From: Anaerolineales bacterium | GTDB taxonomy: Bacteria > Chloroflexota > Anaerolineae > Anaerolineales > UBA11858 | Direction: 5' to 3' | Assembly: GCA_041686005.1 (NCBI GenBank) | Contig: JAWLER010000006.1 | Coordinates: forward strand, 17,635 to 81,634 | Length of the DNA stretch: 64,000 nt | Translations under genes and position numbers: made by a program | The notes under the pieces: generated by a model | What the model was told of the DNA's origin: nothing | The model's input: only the letters and a program-made list of their open reading frames with translations | Database searches by the model: none | Part shown: one piece after another, positions 57,294 to 64,000 of the stretch | How positions within the stretch are numbered: position 1 is the stretch's first letter | How the letters are laid out: the number at the start of each line of letters is the position of its first letter

Positions 57294-57705
57294 TGGTCTG
57301 GAGGAAAAGCATTGTTGAAAAGAGAAGATGGAGAGGCTTTTGATCGCTCCTGATAGCAAATGAGAGCTTTCAGCGTCTTTTGGCATCCTGACTGTGGTGG
57401 GATGTTTGACGCGCTATGGCCATCCCGGGGAGTCCAGGCTTTGCATACTGGAGAGAGTAGACTTTGTCAGCGGATTTCCAGGCCCAGATCGCTATAATGG
57501 GGGTTATTAATGGTTTCTATCCCTTTCCGCTTGGTCCACAGCGGGTGGCTTGACCAGAGTAGCATTTAGGGGGACCGCAAAATGCAAGGGGGGAACCAGT
57601 CGCGCTCTTAACGGGCTGGCTTTGATCTTTAAAAGGGCCACGGTTCGGGCTGAGTTGAAAGGGGGGCACCCTTCTCATGACACTGCAACGAGAAAGGCGC
57701 GGGGA

Positions 57706-57807
57706 TCAGAATCTGGCGACCAGAGAGATGATCATGGACAGCACGATTAAAATCCCGATCACTGCCATGATGATTTGCTGTATGTTCGGTCGTCTTTTGC
57801 GTGACAT
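57706..57807 (-). CDS. small (33 aa) single-pass membrane protein
   Basis: ATG 57807 has AAGGAG 6 nt upstream. The product is MSRKRRPNIQQIIMAVIGILIVLSMIISLVARF, a basic N-terminus followed by one TM helix. It lies 73 nt downstream of uvrC. Confidence 0.45.
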   Translation of the reverse strand: MSRKRRPNIQQIIMAVIGILIVLSMIISLVARF

Positions 57808-57880
57808 GGTGCTCCTTCTGTTTGCATTCGATATGCTTGTTTGTTGGCGATCACGGACACATTTTAGCATGAGAGGGCTT

Positions 57881-59743
57881 TTAGCCCAAGTGTTCTTTAA
57901 TGGTTTGGGCCAGTTTGGCGTGGATCTTGGGAGTGGAGGCGATCTCCTCCAGGGAGGCCTGGCGGATGTTCTGGATGGTGTGAAACTTATTGAGCAGCGC
58001 CCGCCGGCGGGCGGGCCCCACCCCGGGGATTTTTTCCAGGCTGGACTGCAGACCCTGGCGGCTGCGGCGTTTGCGGTGGGAGGTGATGGCGAATCGGTGG
58101 GCCTCATCCCGCACTCTCTGCAATAGATGCAGCCCATCGGAATCCCGGTCAAAACGCACTGGGCGGGATTGGCCGGGCAGATAGACTTCTTCATATTGTT
58201 TTGCCAATCCGGCTACGGCGAAGGCGTCCTGGAGGTCAAAGGTTTCGATGACCGCCAAAGCCCGGTTGAGCTGGCCTTTCCCGCCGTCCACCAGCAGCAG
58301 ATCGGGCAGGGCAGAGAAGGAGGGATCCGGGTTATATCCGGGCTGTCCCTTGCCTTCCTGCAGGGCCTGCCAGCGTCGAAAACGGCGGTTCAGGATCTCT
58401 TCCATACTGGCATAATCATCGGGACCGCTCACCGTGCGGATGTTGAATTTACGGTAATGCCTTTTTTGAGGATTCCCGTCCTCAAAGACGACCATGCTGC
58501 CCACCTGGGCGGCCCCTTGCGTGTTGGAAATGTCGTAACACTCGATCCGCGCCGGGGGCGCTTGAAGGTCGAAATAGGTCTGCAGATCATCCAAAGCCTG
58601 CTCGCTTCGCTCCCGGACCGCTTTCTCCTGGTTGGTGTGGGCGGCCAGCATCTCAGCGGCGTTCTCCGCTGCCATCTCGATCAGATCTTCTTCTTCCTTG
58701 CTGCGTGGGATGCGCAGCTTGACTTTTTCCCCCCCGCGCTGGCTGTGGAGCCATTTTTGGATGATGCGCGCTTCTTCCACCTCCCGGGGAAGGAGGATCT
58801 GGGGCGGAATAGAGGGAGCTTGATCGTAAAATTGTTTGATCACTTCGGCGAGCACATCTTTATCAGGGGTGTTTTTCGTGCCCTCGACCAGGAAGTATTC
58901 CCGGCCGGTCAATTTGCCACCGCGGATGAAAAAGACCTGGACGCAGGCTTCCCCCTTTTCGCTGTGGATGGCCAGGACATCGGAATCGGTGTATTCTGTG
59001 GAGATGACCCGCTGCTCTTCCACGATCCGTTCGATGGCGATTAATTGGTCGCGGATTTGTCCCGCTTCTTCAAAGCGGAGTTCATCGGAAGCCCGGTCCA
59101 TCTCCTCCTGGAGATGGTCGACGATCGGTTCCGTGCGCCCATCCAGGAAATCGGCCAGCTTTCCGATCATATCCCGGTAATCGTCCTGGCTGATCTCCCC
59201 GATGCAGGGCGCGGCGCAGAGGTCGATATCGTAGTACAGACAGGCCCGTTGATCTTCCCCGGTGATGGTCCGGTTGCAGGTCAGGTAAGGGAACACGCGC
59301 CGCAGGATATCCAGGGTTTGGTCGACGGCCCACACGCTGGTGTAGGGGCCGAAATAGCGGGAGCCGTCCTTCGTCACCTGCCTGGTCACGGATACTTTGG
59401 GGAAAGGGTCCTGCCAGTGGATTTTGATATATGGATAGCGCTTATCATCCTTAAGACGGACGTTGAAATGTGGCTGGTACTCCTTGATCAGGTTCATTTC
59501 CAGGATCAGGGCTTCCAACTCGGAGTTGACGATGATCCAGTCGATGTCCCGGATATCCATAACCAGCTGGGCTGTGCGGGGGTTGCTCTGGGCGCTGGCG
59601 TGGAAATAGGATCGCACACGGTTTCGGAGATCGACCGCTTTGCCGACGTAGATGACATCACCACCAGCGTCTTTCATCAGGTAGCAGCCGGTCTTATGAG
59701 GGATCGTATCCAGAATGTCCTGGATGTGTTTGGAAACGTCCAT
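57881..59743 (-). CDS. uvrC: excinuclease ABC subunit C
   Basis: 620 aa with a GIY-YIG domain (GCYLMKDAGGDVIYVGKAVDLRNRVRSYF), a UVR domain, an Endo V-like domain and a C-terminal (HhH)2. Confidence 0.96.
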   Translation of the reverse strand: MDVSKHIQDILDTIPHKTGCYLMKDAGGDVIYVGKAVDLRNRVRSYFHASAQSNPRTAQLVMDIRDIDWIIVNSELEALILEMNLIKEYQPHFNVRLKDDKRYPYIKIHWQDPFPKVSVTRQVTKDGSRYFGPYTSVWAVDQTLDILRRVFPYLTCNRTITGEDQRACLYYDIDLCAAPCIGEISQDDYRDMIGKLADFLDGRTEPIVDHLQEEMDRASDELRFEEAGQIRDQLIAIERIVEEQRVISTEYTDSDVLAIHSEKGEACVQVFFIRGGKLTGREYFLVEGTKNTPDKDVLAEVIKQFYDQAPSIPPQILLPREVEEARIIQKWLHSQRGGEKVKLRIPRSKEEEDLIEMAAENAAEMLAAHTNQEKAVRERSEQALDDLQTYFDLQAPPARIECYDISNTQGAAQVGSMVVFEDGNPQKRHYRKFNIRTVSGPDDYASMEEILNRRFRRWQALQEGKGQPGYNPDPSFSALPDLLLVDGGKGQLNRALAVIETFDLQDAFAVAGLAKQYEEVYLPGQSRPVRFDRDSDGLHLLQRVRDEAHRFAITSHRKRRSRQGLQSSLEKIPGVGPARRRALLNKFHTIQNIRQASLEEIASTPKIHAKLAQTIKEHLG

Positions 59744-59960
59744 GGTGTGGAAATTTTATCATACACAGGATAAAGGGTATTTTACAGGCAGCGCCCCAGA
59801 CCGGTTTGGGAAAAGGCCGGGAAAGCACGGTTCAAGCTTTTTCCTTCGCCCCTCGCCGAATGGTGGCTCCTCCCGCAGCGGGTAGGGATAGGAAGATATT
59901 CATATCTCAGGGTGCCTTCCGAACCTTGTCTGGGGCTGTTCTTCTTTGTATACTGATCAT

Positions 59961-61193
59961 ATGTCAACATCAGATGGATCTCAACCACCCTTATTTGGCT
60001 TCACCCGCACCTGGTCTGTCTCCGAAGTCAATGCCTATGTCCGGGACTTGATGGAAAGTGACGCCAATTTGGGAGATCTATGGGTGGAAGGGGAGGTTTC
60101 TAACCTGTCCCGGCCCAAATCGGGGCATGTGTATTTCACCCTAAAAGACGCGGAGAGCGCCCTGCGCTGCGTGATGTGGAAAAACGTGGCCGCACAACAG
60201 GAAACCCTATTGGAAGAAGGGGACGCAGTGGAGGCCCACGGTAACCTGAGCGTGTACGAGCGCCGGGGGCAGTACCAGCTGTATGTCGACTTCCTCCGCC
60301 CCCGGGGGGCAGGCCGGCTGTATCAGGAGTACCTGCGCTTGAAGAGCGCTCTGGAAGAGGAGGGGCTTTTCGCCACGGAGCACAAAGCCCCCCTTCCTCG
60401 CTGGCCGCGGAAGATCGGTGTGGTCACCTCACCGACGGGAGCCGCGTTTCAAGATATGCTCAACACTTTCCGGCGCCGGTACCCACTGGTGGAAGTGGTC
60501 CTCTCCCCGGCCTCCGTGCAGGGGGAGGACGCACCGTCTGAGATCGTGGCCGCCTTGGAAAAACTCAACCGCCAGGGGGAGGTGGATGTGATCATCGTCG
60601 GCAGGGGAGGGGGGTCCATTGAGGATCTGTGGGCCTTCAACGACGAGCGGGTAGCCCGGGCCATCTTCGGTTCCGAGATCCCGGTGATCAGCGGCGTCGG
60701 GCACGAAACGGATTTCACAATTGCGGACTTCGTGGCTGATGTCCGGGCCCCCACACCCACCGCGGCAGCGGAGCTGGCTGTGCCCGACCAAGCAGAATTG
60801 AAAGCCCTGGCTGAGGATCTGGCTGAACGGGTCCGGCGCAGCTATCTGAGCTACCTTTCCGACCAACGCTGGGTGGTGTCCGATTTACAAACCCAAATCA
60901 AACGCTTTTCACCGCGGTATGAGATCCGGAATGGGAAGCAGCGCGTGGATGAGTTGGGAAACCGATTGGAAACGGCCATGAGCAGGGTGCTCGGCAACAC
61001 CCGCAAGGAATTGGCCGCTGTTGCCGATCACCTAGAAGCTCTCAACCCCGAATCCATCCTCAAACGGGGATATGCTGTGCTCACCGAGGAGGACGGTACG
61101 GTGGTTTACAGAGTGGGGCAGGTGGAAGGGGGGGATGTCCTGGAAGCCCGCGTCTCGGATGGCAGGTTCAAAGTGGTGGTGAAGGAGAATTAA
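59961..61193 (+). CDS. xseA: exodeoxyribonuclease VII large subunit
   Basis: N-terminal OB fold (WVEGEVSNLSRPKSGHVYFTLKD), a catalytic region (GRGGGSIEDLWAFNDE, GHETD) and a coiled-coil tail. No xseB lies adjacent. Confidence 0.93.
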   Translation: MSTSDGSQPPLFGFTRTWSVSEVNAYVRDLMESDANLGDLWVEGEVSNLSRPKSGHVYFTLKDAESALRCVMWKNVAAQQETLLEEGDAVEAHGNLSVYERRGQYQLYVDFLRPRGAGRLYQEYLRLKSALEEEGLFATEHKAPLPRWPRKIGVVTSPTGAAFQDMLNTFRRRYPLVEVVLSPASVQGEDAPSEIVAALEKLNRQGEVDVIIVGRGGGSIEDLWAFNDERVARAIFGSEIPVISGVGHETDFTIADFVADVRAPTPTAAAELAVPDQAELKALAEDLAERVRRSYLSYLSDQRWVVSDLQTQIKRFSPRYEIRNGKQRVDELGNRLETAMSRVLGNTRKELAAVADHLEALNPESILKRGYAVLTEEDGTVVYRVGQVEGGDVLEARVSDGRFKVVVKEN

Positions 61194-61321
61194 GTCCGAT
61201 TTGGGGATCCCTGAAAGGGGTGTAGTTGCCCCTTGGTTCGTTCTTTATTCGGGGGAAAACAGGCCAGCCCGTTTAAACTTTTCTTTAACATTTCTTTTAT
61301 CTTTCTCATAGACTGCATTTC

Positions 61322-61327
61322 TATAAT
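61322..61327 (+). promoter_or_regulatory. -10 hexamer TATAAT upstream of clpB
   Basis: A perfect TATAAT lies 70 nt upstream of the clpB ATG, behind an AT-rich tract. The -35 element is weak. Confidence 0.35.
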
Positions 61328-61396
61328 GAAATCAGCATGGATGCGCAGTGGGGAGATCTCACTGCAGTTAATGTGTCTGTGTCTGGAGGATAAAAA

Positions 61397-64000
61397 ATGA
61401 ATTTAGAGAATTATACAAAGAAATCACAAGAAGCCGTCCTGCGTGCGCAAAGGATGGCTGAAGAAAACAACCATCAAGAAATTGACAGCGTGCATATCCT
61501 CGCCGCGCTCTTGGAGCAGACCGACGGCGTCGTCCCGGCCATCGTTAAGAAAGTCGCAGGGAGCGTCTCGGGGCTGAAGGAAGCGGTCCGGGATAAACTG
61601 AGCAAGCGGTCCAAAGTTTACGGAAGCAACCTGCAGGTGGGCCTGACGCGGAGGGCCAGGGATGTGCTGGCTACTGCGGAGCGGTATGCCAAGGGCATGC
61701 AAGACGAGTACATCTCCACCGAGCATATCTTGTTAGGTCTGACCGAGAGCCCTTTGGGGGATCTCCTGGAAGAGTACGGTTTGACGAAAGACGCCATTCT
61801 GGATGCCCTGCGCGATGTGCGGGGTACGCAGCGCGTGACTTCGCAAACCCCGGAATCCACCTATGAGGCCTTGAAGAAATATGGGCGGGACCTCACGGAT
61901 CAGGCCCGGCGCGGCAAGCTGGATCCCGTCATTGGGCGGGATGAGGAAACCCGGCGGCTGATCCAGATCTTATCCCGCCGCACCAAGAATAACCCCGCTT
62001 TGATCGGGGATCCGGGCGTCGGGAAAACGGCCATCGTGGAGGGACTGGCCCAGCGGATCGTCAATGGGGATGTCCCCAACGGCTTGAAGCGCAAGCGTTT
62101 GGTGCAGCTGGATATGGGATCGTTGGTGGCGGGCGCCAAATACAGGGGTGAGTTCGAAGATCGCCTTAAAGCGGTTTTGAAGGAGATCACCTCCTCAGCC
62201 GGTGAAATCTTGCTCTTCGTCGACGAGATGCACACGGTGGTGGGCGCCGGCGCAGCGGAGGGCGCTGTGGATGCCGGCAATATGCTTAAACCACTGCTTG
62301 CCCGTGGTGAGTTACACATGATCGGGGCGACCACGCTGGATGAGTACCGGGAGCACATCGAGAAAGACGCTGCCCTGGAGCGGCGCTTCCAGCCCTTACT
62401 GGTGGAAGAGCCCAGTGTGGAAGACACGATCAGCATCCTGCGGGGTCTCAAAGAACGCTACGAGATCCATCACGGGGTGCGGATCACCGACCCGGCCACG
62501 ATCGCGGCGGCGACCCTTTCCGACCGTTACATTTCAGACCGGCATCTGCCGGATAAGGCCATTGACTTGATCGATGAGGCGGCGGCCCGGCTGCGGACGG
62601 AGATCGACTCCAAACCGCGCGAGCTGGATATGGTGGACCGCCAGATCATGCAGCTGGAGATCGAGCGGGAGGCCTTGAAGAAGGAAGAGGACGAGGCGTC
62701 CCAAGAGCGTTTGGAGAAGCTGCAGAAAGAATTGGCGGATCTGAAAGAGGAACAGAAGCAGCTCCAAACCCAGTGGAACGTGGAAAAGGAGATCATCAGC
62801 GAAGTCAGGGCTATAAAAAAGGAAATCGATCAAACCCGTCTGGAGATCGAACGCGCAGAACGGGAAGCGGACCTGGAACGCACCGCTCGCTTGCAGTACG
62901 GCAAACTCCCGGAGCTGCAGGAGGAATTAAAGGAGAAAGAACAGCGCCTGGAGGAAATCCAAAAAGACGGCGCTTTGCTTAAAGAGGAAGTGGACGCCGA
63001 GGAGATCGCCGGCGTGGTGTCCCGCTGGACGGGCATCCCGGTTTCGCGGCTGATGGAAAGCGAGACCCAGAAATTGATCCACATGGAAGATCGCCTGCAC
63101 ACCCGCGTGGTGGGCCAGGACGAAGCCGTCCAGGCGGTCTCCAATGCCGTCCGTCGGTCCCGGGCCGGGCTGCAGGATCCCAACCGGCCCATCGGCTCCT
63201 TTATCTTTGTGGGGCCGACAGGCGTAGGGAAGACGGAGCTGGCGCGTGCGCTGGCAGCCTTCCTTTTCGATGATGAGGATGCCATGGTGCGCATCGATAT
63301 GAGTGAGTACCAGGAGAAGCACAATGTGGCTCGCTTGATCGGCTCCCCGCCCGGCTATGTAGGCTACGAGGAAGGCGGTCAACTGACGGAAGCGGTACGC
63401 CGCCGGCCTTACAGTGTGGTGCTCTTCGATGAGATCGAGAAAGCTCACACTGAAGTCTTCAATGCCCTGCTGCAGCTTCTGGATGACGGCAGGCTCACCG
63501 ACGGCCACGGGCGGACGGTCGACTTCCGCAACACGGTGGTGATCATGACCAGCAATGTGGGCACGGAAGCCTGGACCCAGATGGACGAAGACTGGGACCA
63601 GGAGAAAGCCCGCCAATACACCCAAGACGCGTTGCGAGCTACCTTCCGGCCGGAGTTCTTGAACCGGGTAGATGAAATCGTCACCTTCCATCCCTTGACC
63701 AAACGACATATCCTGGATATTGTCGATATCCAATTGGAACGCGTGAAAGGATTGGTTCAGGGGCAGGGTTACGCTTTGAAGGTGGCCCAGGACGCGAAAG
63801 AATATCTGGCGGATGTGGGATATGATCCCGATTACGGCGCCCGTCCCTTGAAACGGACCATCCAACGCGAACTGCAGGACCCGCTGGCGTTGGACCTGAT
63901 CTCGGGCGAATTCAACGTAGGAGACACGATCCTGGTGGACTCGGATGGGGATGGATTGGTGTTTGAGGTGGCGTCCAAGAAGCAGGCGGTCAACGCCTGA
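61397..64000 (+). CDS. clpB: ATP-dependent chaperone ClpB
   Basis: 867 aa with a Clp N-domain, two AAA+ modules ([18 protein letters not shown]) and a long middle coiled coil. The stop codon TGA is the last triplet of the window. Confidence 0.97.
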   Translation: MNLENYTKKSQEAVLRAQRMAEENNHQEIDSVHILAALLEQTDGVVPAIVKKVAGSVSGLKEAVRDKLSKRSKVYGSNLQVGLTRRARDVLATAERYAKGMQDEYISTEHILLGLTESPLGDLLEEYGLTKDAILDALRDVRGTQRVTSQTPESTYEALKKYGRDLTDQARRGKLDPVIGRDEETRRLIQILSRRTKNNPALIGDPGVGKTAIVEGLAQRIVNGDVPNGLKRKRLVQLDMGSLVAGAKYRGEFEDRLKAVLKEITSSAGEILLFVDEMHTVVGAGAAEGAVDAGNMLKPLLARGELHMIGATTLDEYREHIEKDAALERRFQPLLVEEPSVEDTISILRGLKERYEIHHGVRITDPATIAAATLSDRYISDRHLPDKAIDLIDEAAARLRTEIDSKPRELDMVDRQIMQLEIEREALKKEEDEASQERLEKLQKELADLKEEQKQLQTQWNVEKEIISEVRAIKKEIDQTRLEIERAEREADLERTARLQYGKLPELQEELKEKEQRLEEIQKDGALLKEEVDAEEIAGVVSRWTGIPVSRLMESETQKLIHMEDRLHTRVVGQDEAVQAVSNAVRRSRAGLQDPNRPIGSFIFVGPTGVGKTELARALAAFLFDDEDAMVRIDMSEYQEKHNVARLIGSPPGYVGYEEGGQLTEAVRRRPYSVVLFDEIEKAHTEVFNALLQLLDDGRLTDGHGRTVDFRNTVVIMTSNVGTEAWTQMDEDWDQEKARQYTQDALRATFRPEFLNRVDEIVTFHPLTKRHILDIVDIQLERVKGLVQGQGYALKVAQDAKEYLADVGYDPDYGARPLKRTIQRELQDPLALDLISGEFNVGDTILVDSDGDGLVFEVASKKQAVNA

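Noticed and set aside
57130-57705. A known riboswitch (TPP, yybP-ykoY/Mn, c-di-GMP-I, cobalamin, FMN), tmRNA, RNase P or SRP RNA in the long spacer.
   Set aside because: Only fragmentary resemblances were found (for example GGAGAGAGTAG..TTGTCAGC and GGGACCGCAAAATGC). The order and spacing of conserved elements do not fit any of these classes on either strand.
1-64000. Genome-wide TGA reassignment (code 4 or 25) as an explanation for the two in-frame TGAs (23068 and 47534).
   Set aside because: TGA terminates several genes at lengths normal for their families (the Nfo-like gene at 2497-2499, hutU at 13492-13494, ogt at 20706-20708, clpB at 63998-64000). TGA is therefore a functional stop in this organism.
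1-64000. CRISPR arrays, IS elements, rRNA genes and toxin-antitoxin pairs.
   Set aside because: No regularly spaced short repeats, transposase-like ORFs with terminal inverted repeats, or rRNA-like sequence were seen. The only sizeable repeat is the paralog pair at 28.4-30.6 kb.

Overview
Bacterial chromosomal segment, moderately GC-rich, with about 50 protein genes, one tRNA, no rRNA, no CRISPR array and no transposase or integrase. The gene content, a Tad pilus locus without a secretin, and many exoproteins with Pro/Thr-rich linkers suggest a Chloroflexota/Anaerolineae-like monoderm; this is inference only. Housekeeping genes: a 5'-truncated PgpH-like HD protein followed by ybeY and dgkA; Nfo-like and UDG-like repair genes; pheS-pheT behind a clear T-box leader; dnaE, ogt, rarA, uvrC, xseA and clpB. 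Metabolism genes: ugd, an orphan hutU, a two-domain eukaryote-type phosphofructokinase, a PLP decarboxylase, homoserine dehydrogenase, a P-type cation ATPase, an aldo/keto reductase, a GNAT and MBL-fold hydrolases. An accessory-looking block (about 37.3-54.7 kb) encodes large secreted peptidases (M23; clan-CD/C25-like) and a tad (Flp pilus) locus, and it ends at tRNA-Lys(UUU). Main observations: (1) a C_GCAxxG_C_C redox-family gene has an in-frame TGA exactly at the first invariant Cys, plus a SECIS-like hairpin, making it a selenoprotein candidate. (2) The 746-aa PFK is collinear with animal/fungal PFK, including a degenerate C-terminal half. (3) Two tandem secreted paralogs have near-identical 5' halves (a roughly 0.72-kb direct repeat) and strongly diverged Cys-rich 3' halves. 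(4) The tad locus has two lesions: an in-frame TGA in tadZ and a 1-nt frame break in cpaF. (5) dnaE carries a roughly 228-aa C-terminal extension. (6) The C25-like peptidase is followed by a separate membrane-anchored ORF that resembles a C25 propeptide module. No computation or database search was possible. All family calls rest on motifs read by eye.
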